Origin: Eledone cirrhosa
Taxonomy: Eukaryota
Assembly (NCBI GenBank): GCA_964016885.1
Contig: OZ024743.1
Span: 32,860,001-32,924,000, forward strand
Length of the DNA stretch: 64,000 bases
Direction: 5' to 3'
In this document: piece by piece, positions 28,209-39,730 of the stretch
Numbering within the stretch: the first letter of the stretch is position 1
Layout: every line of letters starts with the position of its first letter
Translations under genes and position numbers: made by a program
The notes under the pieces: model-generated
The model's database searches: none
The model's input: the letters and a program-made list of their open reading frames with translations, nothing else
Told to the model about the DNA's origin: nothing

Positions 28209-29761
28209 GTTTTGCGAGGTTTTTTATATGAAATCGTGTATCGAAACAAATATTGTTATACTTGGGGAGGGTCATATTTGTGTAATATTGCCAGAATTAA
28301 TAACAGAACACACTCACCGTATGGTTGGTTTTCGCTTCTCGCTTCTGTGTCTTTTATATCGGTATTCTAACTTACTTGGTCCTCAATGTTGCCATTGACT
28401 GACCGACGGTAAAAAATAATACAGATACAATATAGACACAAACACATATATATAGTTTATCATAAATCTTTCGGGCTATATTTTCCTCCTGTTGTATTGT
28501 ATGTCTACACCATTTTTATTCAGTCTGTCTATATATTTATTTATTTATTTGCTTGTTTGTTTATTTTATTTTGTCTTCTTTGCGCATGCGTTTGCGTGTG
28601 TGTATAGTGTTTTGTTTGCTGTGTGATGGGTGACTAGTGTGTGTTTATGTGCTTGTTGTTATTGTGCTTGTGTATGTATTTATTTATTTATTTATTTATT
28701 TATTTTATTTTATTTACTTATTTATACTTCTCTTAGGTCAGTGTTGTTTGTTTGGGTGTTGTTGTTATTCCATTCATTCTTTCTGTTTAGCCTTGGTCTT
28801 CTAATTTCTATTTTACTGGCCTCTCTGATTTGCCTATCTGCCGGGTCATTTCTATGTTTAGATATTATTCTAATTTCTATGTTGTCTATGTTACCGTCAT
28901 GTTGTTGTCTAGCATGTTCGTATAGTACTGACCCATTTTTTCGTCCTTTTAGTTCCCCCCAGTGTTGGTCTATCCTTTCACCTATGCTACGAGCTGTCTC
29001 ACCTATGTATGTTGTTGTCATGTTTCTGCAAGTACCCTCTGTACATCTTATGCTATAGACTACGTTTCTAGTTTTACAGTTTATCCGGGGGTTTACTCAC
29101 TCTACATATGATACATTTCCTATTGGTACAGTGGGTTTTCTTAAAAGGGTAGGTTTTGCTGATCAGGGATTTTATGGTGGTTCCTGGCTTTTCTACCACC
29201 TATATTTTCAAGTGGGTCTTTCTCAGGGCCTTTCTACACTGGTTAGCTAATTTCCCTCCAGGGGTAGCGTCCACAAACATGACACTCTGGTATCTCTGGT
29301 TGTCGTACCATGAGGTGGCTTTCCCTATCTTATGTCTAGCCCTATCTAAGCTATTCCATGATTTGCTCCTGTATAATGGGCAAATTCCTTTCATGTCCAG
29401 TTCTATGAGGGTCTTATATTTCTCCATGGCTCCTTCATATACTCTGATTCTGTCTCTTTGGTTGTAGCCAGAGAACTGCATGCGGTTGATGAAGTGTTGG
29501 ATGTGTCTTTCCATTTCTGTTGGGTCACACATGCGGGACACATTCTTCATCACTCGTACCAAATCTGCGATCAGAATATTAAACTTAGCACTACTGGACA
29601 TTGCTGAGTTTTTGAGTATCAGGTATTTAGAGGCCATGGGTTTAGCATAGTGTGAGTGGAGAATTTAGGCTCTCTCGTCTATAGTGTTAATCCAGAGTTC
29701 TGTGTCTAATACAGGTAGTCTATTGTTAGGGTGTTTGGAAACACCCTAACAATAGACTACC
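28209..29761 (-). mobile_element. 5'-truncated Penelope-like element: RT end, thumb, GIY-YIG, 3' UTR
   Basis: LPVLD...HSHYAKPMAS; ORF 29200-29637 (thumb); ORF 28722-29021 YIGETARS...EH...REA...PRLN; flanked by TA tracts. Confidence 0.9.
28722..29021 (-). pseudogene. PLE GIY-YIG endonuclease fragment
   Basis: YIGET-R-R-H and E...I...PxLN motifs. Confidence 0.88.
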
Positions 29762-30027
29762 GAAATATATATAGCAGTAATAAACCGAAATATATATAGC
29801 AGTAATAAACGAAGCCAAATTTTAAACATTTGACTTATTTAATTTATTTTATTTTACATTACTCCGGAGTAACCAAACCAACCTGCGCACTTCGCCGAGT
29901 GCTCCAATCTGCATACTGAGGTGTTGGTATACAACCAAAATTTATATATATATATTATATATATATATATATACATAGATATATATACATATATAGATAT
30001 ATATATACATATGTATATATATGTCAG

Positions 30028-30245
30028 TATGTACACGTACATACATATATGTATACAGACGTACAGTAGTATGTATGTATATATACATACATGCACACAT
30101 ATATATATGCACGTATTGATTTACCGAACATTTATTATAATGCTCGGTGTGTTTGTAAATAAACATCCCATATTAAGCCGTAGTGTCTAGCAACCACCGT
30201 TGCTTGTTTGTTCAACACTGACAAAGGAACGCTGTACTAGTTTCA
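30028..30245 (-). mobile_element. Fragment of the 34.1-kb hammerhead family, truncated within the ribozyme
   Basis: Shares GTATACAGACGTACAGTAG and GTTCAACACTGA...GGAACG.TGTACTAGTTTCA with 34131-34749. Confidence 0.75.
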
Positions 30246-30252
30246 TATATAT

Positions 30253-30991
30253 ATATTTAAAAGAATAGTGGTGTAACACACGAGTTGTGATATATTGGTA
30301 AAAGGAAAAGAAAATGCTGACAAATTGTTCTCAGTGAAAAATAGTTTAATTAGTAATAAGTATTGGTTAGTATTCAGTTTTGGTTTTAAGTTTTTACCGG
30401 TTGCACATTTCTAATGCTTTTCAAAAATAATTTTGAGATAGAGCACCCGTGATGTTTGCTCTAATCTGATCAGTTTTGGAAATTCTACCTGTTTTATGTG
30501 AAAAAAGTGGCTCCAGATATATTAAAATAAGTTCGCGCCAATTCGTGTTGCAAAATTTCTTGTGGTCAAAACAACTTTGATTGGTCGGTAGAGGTCACGT
30601 GAATGTTAAAAATTGATTTTGCGCCAAATGTAGGTTTGTCGAAGAGTGTCTTTTTTCGCCTGATTGAGAAGTCACTGAAAAATAAATCTTTTAAGACAAA
30701 TATGTGTGTGTGTGTGTAGTAAAGAGGTTCATTGTTGTGATAATGGTCAGTAGGGATGTGTGTGTGAATTGCAGTCATGTTGACTGTTGACCTGTCAACA
30801 TGACTGCAATTCACACACACTTCCCTACTGAACATTATCACAACAATGAACTTCTTTACTACACACGCACACACATATTTGTCTTAAAAGACTTATTTTT
30901 CAGTGACTTCTCAATCAGGCGAAAAAAGACACTCTTCGACAAACCTACATTTGGCGCAAAATCAATTTGTCAGCATTTTCTTTTCCTTTTA

Positions 30992-31000
<9 letters not shown>
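30253..31000 (-). mobile_element. Fold-back insertion of the 6.7-kb family in (TA)n
   Basis: Arms meet at 30784/30794; the right arm has an internal deletion at a CAATTT microhomology. Confidence 0.85.
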
Positions 31001-31027
<27 letters not shown>

Positions 31028-31028
<1 letters not shown>

Positions 31029-32115
31029 CTCTCTGGAGCACTCCAGCCAGTATCTCAAAGAACTCTGTCATCCCATCAGGTGTAATGATGCTTTGGTGTT
31101 GGTGTTGGTGTAGAGTAGTTATATCAGGTCCACTATCTTCTTGGGGATTCTATAAGCCTGTAAGATCTTCATCAGGCAGTGACGGTCCACAGGATCAAAG
31201 GCCTTCCTAAAGTCAATGAAAACCATGACCGCAGGAAGGCCCTTTGCTCTGGCTTCCTCTAATATCCTCCTCAGCATCAGGATGTGACTGGTGGTTGATC
31301 TGCCCTCTCTGAAGCCGTTCTGGTTATCCCTGAGCTTCTTCTCCATCTCAGGCTGGATCCTGTTAAGAATCATCCTGTTGAGTGTCTTTGCCACAAGTGA
31401 CGTCAGTGAGATCCCCCTGTAGTTGTTGGTGTTAGAGAGCTCTCCCTTCTTTGGCACTGGGACGATGTTACTGATCATCCACTGATTCGGGGCAACTCCT
31501 TTCTCCAGTGCCTGGTTACAGATCCTCAGGATGGTATCATCAAAATCACACCTCTTCATCACCTCTGATGTCACTCCATCTTCTCCATGAGCCTTAAACT
31601 CCTTGATCTTCTTCTTGGCTCTCTGAAGCTCCTCTCTGGTGAAGGGCTCTGTCTCAATATCCAGTTCTTCAAACAGCCGCCTGATCTCCCTGTAGTGGAG
31701 TCTGTGCTGCTGTATGGGTCTGAGACTTGGACACTGACCAAGAAACTCACTCAGATGGTGGATGGGTGCTACATGAGAATTCTGACGATAGCTCTGAACA
31801 TTAATCAGTATACACTGAGGATGAAAAACTCAGAGCTGTATGGGAGCCTCCCAAAAGTCAGCTCAAAAGTGACACAGAGGATACTGATGTTAGCTGGACA
31901 TGCTCACCGACATCCACAATTGACATTGCACTCAGTGCTCCTGTGAGAGCCCCTACATGGATACACTGGAAGAGGAAGACCAAAGTTAGCGTATGTTGAT
32001 GCCTTAAGGACAAACACTGGTCTGTTGGAGATGCAGGACATAGCAGCAATAATGAGGGACAGAGACTGCTGGAGAGAACTCGTCCATGGATCTTGAGAAT
32101 TTTACCCGCCTTAGA
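31028..32115 (+). mobile_element. RTE-clade LINE family B copy with an inverted 5' segment
   Basis: 31028-31690 is antisense RT sequence (equals about 37420-38078); 31692-32115 is the sense 3' end. Confidence 0.9.
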
Positions 32116-32155
32116 ATATATACATATATATATATACATATATAGATATAATATA

Positions 32156-32222
<67 letters not shown>

Positions 32223-32249
32223 GTATGTATATATATATATATATATATA

Positions 32250-32475
32250 TAAACGTTTGTATATGTATAATAAAGCCAAAACAATGCAGGTATGGACATA
32301 GAATAAAGAATGCAAATGCAAAAGATATTGTTGACAATTAGTCTTTTACCTTAGATTTATTTAAATGTCCTTAATTTTCGAGATAATATCTCTTCTTCAG
32401 AGGGAAGTAAAGCTGTTAATCCAGTGTTCTACATAGCTTGCCAAGTCATTCACTTGGCAAGCTATGTAGAACACT

Positions 32476-32478
<3 letters not shown>
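32250..32478 (-). mobile_element. Short PLE-like insertion with a terminal hairpin (32418-32478) in (TA)n
   Basis: ATCCAGTGTTCTACATAGCTTGCCAAGT / ACTTGGCAAGCTATGTAGAACACTGGAT; contains a hammerhead. Confidence 0.75.
32368..32404 (-). ncRNA. Minimal type I hammerhead ribozyme
   Basis: cct-CTGAAGA-a-gagat(att)atctc-GAA-AATT-A-agg; canonical core, palindromic stem III, short stem I. Confidence 0.6.
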
Positions 32479-32548
<70 letters not shown>

Positions 32549-32939
32549 TGTATATATATCTATCTTTCTTACATTTGGATTCATCTCGAAAGGTCTTTTT
32601 TTTACGCACACATATATTCACCCAGCTTATGCTGACAGAATAACTATGTAGCTTGTGCCCTTCCTATCTACGGTTAGCTTTCCTCTTTGTTGTTTACTTG
32701 TCTCACTCGCTTTACGCGTTTTAATTGTCCTAATAACTTAATTTAGTTATTATTGCACCAACGTGAGGTATATGATTTTTAATGCAATGAAATATCTATG
32801 ATCGTTGGCAAATCACTGATGAGGGACTCATTTTATAACATGTTATCCATGTGCAACCTGCAGTATTCTTCTCCCCATTTTTTCACATATATATATATAT
32901 ATATATATATAAATGTAAGTATGTATATATATCTATATA

Positions 32940-32999
<60 letters not shown>

Positions 33000-33070
33000 A
33001 GTATGTATGTATACGTACATACATATATATATGTATACAGACGTACAGTAGCATGCAAATATATATATAT

Positions 33071-34049
33071 ATATTTATTAAAATAACAGATTAAAGTTTA
33101 AGCAAAGAATCGCTGCTTTCACCCTTAACGGGATCTTCTGAAACTAACAAAGTCAATCTGTAAACGCAGAACTGGATATTTCAAAAAACGTTGCAACCGG
33201 AGGAAGACAGGAAGACGATACTTTGGTTCATGGTGACGTTCGCTGGCAAAGAACGGGAAAAACCGAATAATACGTCATTAATAGGAGCGGTGAAAAACAA
33301 TTACGTGCAAGGACAGAACCACGTTTATGGTATAAAAGAGGTCGTAGACTAATGTTCTCTAAGTGGTGCATAGAGACGTTCTCTGGCAATGAAGGTGCGT
33401 GGTTTTGTATACCTATGGTAAGGTTTTGCGTATGCTTGTGTCTGTTTGCGTGTATGTATTTATTTGTTCCTATTACTTCTGTATTGTATTTATTTGCTTT
33501 GTTCTTAACTCTGTAGCGGAGATTCATTCGGTCTCCTAGTTAGAATTTTAGTCTACGACTTCTGCTATACCATTTACGTGGTTTTGTCTTTGGACGCTAT
33601 TGTTCTCCACGCTCCACATATGACTTATTATCTTCGTTTTTTCGTTCATTGCCAGAGAACGTCTCTATGCACCACTTAGAGAACATTAGTCTACGACCTC
33701 TTTTATACCATAAACGTGGTTCTGTCCTTGCACGTAATTGTTTTTCACCGCTCCTATTAATGACGTATTATTCGGTTTTTCCCGTTCTTTGCCAGCGAAC
33801 GTCAACATGAACCAAAGTATCGTCTTCCTGTCTTCCTCCGGTTGCAACGTTTTTTGAAATATCCAGTTCTGCGTTTACAGATTGACTTTGTTAGTTTCAG
33901 AAGATCCCGTTAAGGGTGAAAGCAGCGATTCTTTGCTTAAACTTTAATCTGTTATTTTAATAAATATTTGCTCTCCGGTTCTTATATATTTGATATATAT
34001 TTTCCTTATCGAGCCCTCTCTGGATTTTAGTCTTCAATTTTATTATTAT

Positions 34050-34053
<4 letters not shown>
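33071..34053 (+). mobile_element. Fold-back insertion: arms 33071-33393 and 33645-33967, tail to 34053, in (TA)n
   Basis: ~320-bp almost identical inverted arms; related fragments at 21127-21170 and 35326-35490. Confidence 0.9.
33893..33943 (+). ncRNA. Variant hammerhead-like motif
   Basis: agttt-CAGAAGA-t-ccc(gttaa)ggg-t-GAAA-gca(gcgattctt)tgc-TT-aaact. Confidence 0.5.
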
Positions 34054-34130
<77 letters not shown>

Positions 34131-34136
<6 letters not shown>

Positions 34137-34749
34137 CAGGTACACATACATTTATGTACGTATCAGTTTAGCGGACGTTTATTATAACGCCCGCTTTGTC
34201 CGTTTGTAAACAAGCGGACAGCCTGAACTTATGCCGTACGGTGTTAAGGCAACCACGTCACCTTTTTTTTTTTTTTTTTTTTTGTTCAACACTGATACAG
34301 GAACGATGTACTAGTTTCAAGCTTCTTAGCTATCATCAGCACCGTATACCCTTCTGCCAGATGGTTGAACGTTCGAAAGTATATACTTTCCTTATGAAAA
34401 TTAACGGCTGAGCAGCCTAATTTGCATATCGAGTGAGTTCAGTCGGCCAGGCGCACCTAAAACGATAAGTTGTAATAGAATGAAAACGAAATTTCATTTC
34501 TCACTCTTAGTACGGCACTTACTTAAATGTAAGTATGTATGTATACGTACATACATATATGTATACAGACGTACAGTAGCATGCAAATATATATATATAT
34601 ACATACAGGTACACATACATATATGTACGTATCATGCTACTGTACGTCTGTATACATATATGTATGTACGTATACATACATACTTACATTTAAGTAAGTG
34701 CCATACTAAGAGTGAGAAATTAAATTTCGTTTTCATTCTATTAAAACTT
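34131..34749 (-). mobile_element. Non-coding hammerhead element (~470-nt unit plus partial repeat) with fold-back end
   Basis: Inverted arms 34467-34583 and 34633-34749; 34131-34162 repeats directly at about 34600-34632. Confidence 0.8.
34304..34344 (-). ncRNA. Minimal type I hammerhead ribozyme with canonical core
   Basis: cggtg-CTGATGA-t-agct(aaga)agct-t-GAA-ACTAGT-A-catcg. Confidence 0.8.
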
Positions 34750-34781
34750 ATATATATATATATATATATATATAAATGTAA

Positions 34782-34858
<77 letters not shown>

Positions 34859-34892
34859 AATGTAAGTATGTATATATCTATATCTATATATA

Positions 34893-35117
34893 TATATTGT
34901 TATACTTTGGGAGGGTCATGTTGCCAATAAGAAACACACGCACCAGTTGCTTTCACTTCAATTTATTATATATTTATAAATTTATAAATTTCTGGTTGGT
35001 TCCAACTGGTGCGTGTGTTTCTTATTGGCAACATGACCCCTCCCAAAGTATAACAATATCGGTTTCAACACACGATTTCAGATAAAGAATCTTGCTAAAC
35101 AAATTCAGAAACGAAAT
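34893..35117 (+). mobile_element. Small fold-back whose tail is shared with the 28.2-kb PLE
   Basis: Arms at about 34893-34949 and 35003-35060; tail GTTTCAACACACGATTTCAGATAAAG also at 28209-28275, 35775-35850 and 47108-47205. Confidence 0.8.
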
Positions 35118-35154
35118 ATATATGTATATATAAATGTAAGTATGTATATATCTA

Positions 35155-35195
<41 letters not shown>

Positions 35196-35214
35196 GTAAG
35201 TATGTATATATCTA

Positions 35215-35248
<34 letters not shown>

Positions 35249-35508
35249 AATGTAAGTATGTATATATCTATATAGATATATATAAATGTAAGTATGTATA
35301 TATATCTATATATATACATATATATATATTTATTAAAATAACAGATTAAAGTTCAAGCAAAGAATCGCTGCTTTCACCCTTAACGGGATCTTCTGAAACT
35401 AAAAAGTCAATCTGTGAATGCAGAAGTAAATATTTCAAATATTTATTGAGCCCTCTTTGGATTTTAGTCTTCAAATTTATTATTATTACTATATATATAT
35501 ATATATAT

Positions 35509-35728
35509 AGAAAACAGATGTTAAATTATTGTGTGTGTATATATATATATATACACACAATCATTTAACATCTGTTTTCTCTGTATCTGTAAATGTCTAA
35601 AGAAATAATGAACCATGGGTCCTGCTGTATAATTAAATAACACCGGTCTCATGGATTGAATCTTTGTTGAAGTGATTGTCACATAATTTTAAAAAATGCT
35701 GCATTGATCTCTCTTCCATCCGATTTTA
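35509..35728 (+). mobile_element. Small fold-back (35509-35580) with unique tail between TA tracts
   Basis: AGAAAACAGATGTTAAAT.ATTGTGTG / CACACAAT.ATTTAACATCTGTTTTCT. Confidence 0.55.
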
Positions 35729-35734
35729 TGTATA

Positions 35735-35771
<37 letters not shown>

Positions 35772-35773
<2 letters not shown>

Positions 35774-36153
35774 TAAATTTGTTTCGCAAAGACTTCTTAT
35801 CTGAAAACGTGTGTTGAAACAGATAGTGTTATATTTTGGGAGGTCAAGCTGCCAATAAAAACTCACGCACCTGTTGGTTTTCACTTCAATTTATTATAAA
35901 TTTACAGTTGATTGGCTGGTTCAAGAACCAGATGGTTGTTTATATATTATCAAAGCTCTTTTGTAACACATTCTGTGACCTCTTCAGTGACTGGGTTTTT
36001 ATTTTGTGTCTCTAAAAACCCAGTCACTGAGGTCAGAGATTGTTTGACGAAAGAGCTTTGACAAAATATAAACAACCATCCAGTTATTGAACCAACCAAC
36101 CAACAAGGAATTTTTAACAAATTGAAGTGAAAACCAATATGTCCAACCAACAG
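35772..36153 (-). mobile_element. Older fold-back with a decayed hammerhead in each arm (35949-35991 minus; 36023-36062 plus)
   Basis: Consensus of the two arms: gtca-CTGAAGA-g-gtca...tgac-GAAA-gagc-TT-tgac. Confidence 0.7.
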
Positions 36154-36340
36154 GAAAATGTTTAACCCCGACAGCAGTGCTCAAGCCGTTTTGACAGCTA
36201 TAGTCCAGAAAGGCTGTTGAAATGGCTTGAGCTCTGCGGTCGCGGTTAAACATTTTCCTATTACCCACTCTACCACCCTAAGTATTGAGTACTCTGGTGC
36301 GTTATGGTCCATCTGGCTCCTTACCACATTTCCTTCATTA
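36154..36340 (+). mobile_element. Small fold-back (about 36154-36258) with an ACTC/GAGT tail
   Basis: AAAATGTTTAACC...CTCAAGCC / GGCTTGAG...GGTTAAACATTTT. Confidence 0.6.
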
Positions 36341-36367
36341 TATATATATATATATATATATATATAA

Positions 36368-36545
36368 TGGCGGTGGGTTGGCAGTATCGGTAGAGGGTCG
36401 GACGCCATGCTTTGGAGTACAGTTACTTCCCTTTACGGTCTGAGTTCAAATTCCGTCGAGGTTAACTTTGCCTTTCATCCTTACGGGGTCGATAAAATAA
36501 AGTACCAGTAATACACTGGAATAATTGCTGGCCTTGTGCCAAAAT
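36368..36545 (+). mobile_element. SINE family B
   Basis: Near-identical to 51378-51560. Confidence 0.85.
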
Positions 36546-39500
36546 TCCCGAGATCCATGGACGAGTTCTCTCCAGCGGTCTCTGTCCCTCATTATCGCTG
36601 CCATATCCTGCATCTCCAACAGACCAGTGTCTGTCATTAGGGCATCAACATACGTTAACCTTGGTCTTCCTCTTCCAGTGTGTCCATGTAGGGCCTCCCA
36701 CAGGAGCACTGAGTGCAATGTCAACTCTGGATGTCGGTGAGCATGTCCAGCTAACCTCAGTCTTCTCTGTGTCACTTTTGAGCTGACTTTTGGGAGGCTC
36801 CTATACAGCTCTGAGTTTTTCATCCTCAGTGTATACTGATTAGTATTCAGAGCCATCGTCAGCATTCTCGTGTAGTACCCATCCACCATCTGAGTGAGTT
36901 TCTTGATCAGTGTCCAAGTCTCAGACCCATACAGCAGCACAGACTCCACAACAGCAATGAAGAGGCGCATTTTCAGGTCTTTACAAAGGTCCGACTTCCA
37001 CACCGATGTGGCACGCCGCCCAGGCTTTGCTCTTCCTCTCAACCACATCATCTTCTGTATTCCCAATTTTGCACCCAAATACAGGAAGTCCTCAACCATT
37101 CCAGCGGCTTCCCGCCTACATTAGTAATCCCCTCTGGCTTCTCAACATTCTCCACCAGATATTTTGTTTTAGTTTCATTCACTCATCGACAGCCCTACAT
37201 TCATCGACAGTCTCAACCTCCTGCATCAAATCCTCTGCCTCCTTCACTGTATTTGTCACCAAAACTATGTTGTTGGCAAATTCAGCATCTGATACCTTTT
37301 TCACCTTAACTCTCCTGCTGAGCCGGTGCTACAGTAAAGCCAGAGTCCTGGTGTCTCTCCAGTGCAAGGCGCATACAATAGTCCACTACGATGATAAAAA
37401 GTTAGGGAGTCAATGTATCTCCCTGGAGCACTCCAGCCAGTATCTCAAAGAACTCTGTCATCCCATCAGGTGTAATGACTTGGGCTTTGGTGTTGGTGTA
37501 GAGCAGTGATATCAGGTCCACTATCTTCTTGGGGCTTCCATAAGCCTGTAAGATCTTCATCCGGCAGTGACGGTCCACAGGATCAAAGGCCTTCCTAAAG
37601 TCAATGAAAACCATGACCGCAGGAAGGCACTTTGCTCTAGCTCCCTCTAATATCCTCCTCAGCATCAGGATGTGACTGGTGGTTGATCTGCCCTCTCTGA
37701 AGCCGTTCTGGTTATCCATGAGCTTCTTCTCCATCTCAGGCTGGATCCTGTTAAGAATCATCCTGTTGAGTGTCTTTGCCACAAGTGACGTCAGTGAGAT
37801 CCCCCTGTAGTTGTTGGTGTTAGAGAGATCTCCCTTCTTTGGCACTGGGACGATGTTACTGATCATCCACTGATTCGGGGCAACTCCTTTCTCCAGTGCC
37901 TGGTTACAGAACCCCAGGATGATATCATCAAAATCACACCTCTTCATCACCTCTGATGCCACTCCATCTTCTCCATGAGCCTTGCCCTCCTTGATCTTCT
38001 TCTTGGCTCTCTGAAGCTCCTCTTTGGTGAAGGGCTCTGTCTCAATATCCAGTTCCTCAAACAGCCGCCTGATCTCCCCAGTGCTCTGGGCTGTGGTGGG
38101 TGGCTCTCCTAGTAGGGTCCTAAAATGGTCTAGCCATTCCCTCTTCCTATCCTCGGGCCCCGTTCCCTGGATCTGACTCAAACACCTTCTCTTCCTCCCT
38201 GTGATCTCGTTGATGATCATCCAGCTCTCCTTACACCCAGATCTGTCAACCGCTCTCTCCACACTTCTGATCTTCTCTATCAGTGCCTTCTCTCTGTCCT
38301 CAGTGTAAGTGGTACAGAGTTCTTCCCTCATCACCTCCACAGTCTCCATTCTCTCCTCCGTAGGATCAGCATAGAATTGGTCCTTGGCAGCTTTCAGGTG
38401 TTCTCTGGCTGCACATATGTTTGGGTTTTCAGAGCTGATGTGCTTCCTTTTGTTCTTTTTCCTCGGCACCAGGGTTTCACTTGCTTCCGCCACTGCATTG
38501 GTGAAGTGCCCTTACCTCCTCGTCACACTCTCCTCAGTCCATCCAATCTCTCTCTCCTCTGTCTCTCGACACAGAGTACTGAACCTGTTCCTCACTTTCA
38601 CTGTGAACCTCTCCTGTAGCTTATCATCTTCCTTGAAAGCTCCCCAGTCATAGATTGTTCTCCGGGGCTGAGCCTTGCTCTTTCTTAAGCTCACTCGTAC
38701 CTCACTTATAACAAGCCGGTGGTCACTGCCCAGTGTACTGAAATAGTTGTATGGTTCTGTGTTCAGAACACTATTTCACCACTTTTTCCTCACCAGAATG
38801 AAATTAATCTGGGACTTGGACAGGTGCATATCTGAGATGTAGGTCCACATCTTCCCCAACTTAGGTTGGTCACTATCAAGTTCGCCTCCAGCAGGGTGTC
38901 TCTCAGTAGTCTTCCATTTCGGTTGGTGTTGTTATGGAAGTACCATCAAGGATCTTCACTGCCCTCTTTACTCAGATGTGCATTGAAGTCCCCCAAAACA
39001 AGCACTCACATCACTGTCGCCCTCGGTTGGACTATAGGCTGAGATGACTGTCAGTCTTGGGTTTCCATTGAAGGTCATCCTCAACACTCGTGGGGAGACT
39101 GGTTTTTGTGCTGAAAATAAAACCACTCCTCCCACTGCAGCATTGGTCATGTTCCTCACTGCCGATGTGGTGTTGAGCTGGCTCCTCTTCCCAATCATCA
39201 CACTCCTCACGGGCTCATCGTAGGATCCTGTGTTCTTGGATCGCAAGTATTTGTATACCACTCTCCTCGAACAGATGTCCCAACTCCTCTCTCTTCTCCA
39301 GCGTCCGAATAATCCTCACATTCAAAGTGCCCATTTTGATGGCTCTTCTGCAGGACAAAACTGCATTCTTTATATTTGTCTCAGAGACAGCTGATCCATC
39401 ATCCACTGGCCTTCTCTGTGGCTCTAAGCCAGCAGAGTCGTAATGACCAGACTGCTCCTTGACAGTGTAATTAGGGGCTCTAACCCTAGTGCTGTTAGAT

Positions 39501-39730
39501 CGACTCTCCATATTTCTTTTCAATGGCTGACAATACCTTACCGGCGCCACTCGAATAAGGTAGTTATTTAACCCATAAATGGGGCCCTAACAGGTACTAC
39601 TACTCCGGGCCAGAGCAGACCCCTGGGAGTTATGACAACTAAGGGGTAACTCCACATTCCCCACAGCTCCTGAACTCCCGAACTGGGGCCTTGCCACTGG
39701 ATGTAGTTTAATGTCATACCCAGGACAATG
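36545..39730 (-). mobile_element. Near full-length RTE-clade LINE family B (APE and RT), frameshifted
   Basis: GTLNVR, LAIQEHR, VISAYSPT, SDH (APE); NYRGISL, QNGFR, FIDFRKAFD, GVLQGDTL, FLYLG, LLYGSETW (RT); putative 5' UTR at 39550-39730. Confidence 0.92.

Noticed and set aside
34770-35300. CRISPR-like repeat-spacer appearance
   Set aside because: The spacers are just TA runs, the context is eukaryotic and there are no cas genes.
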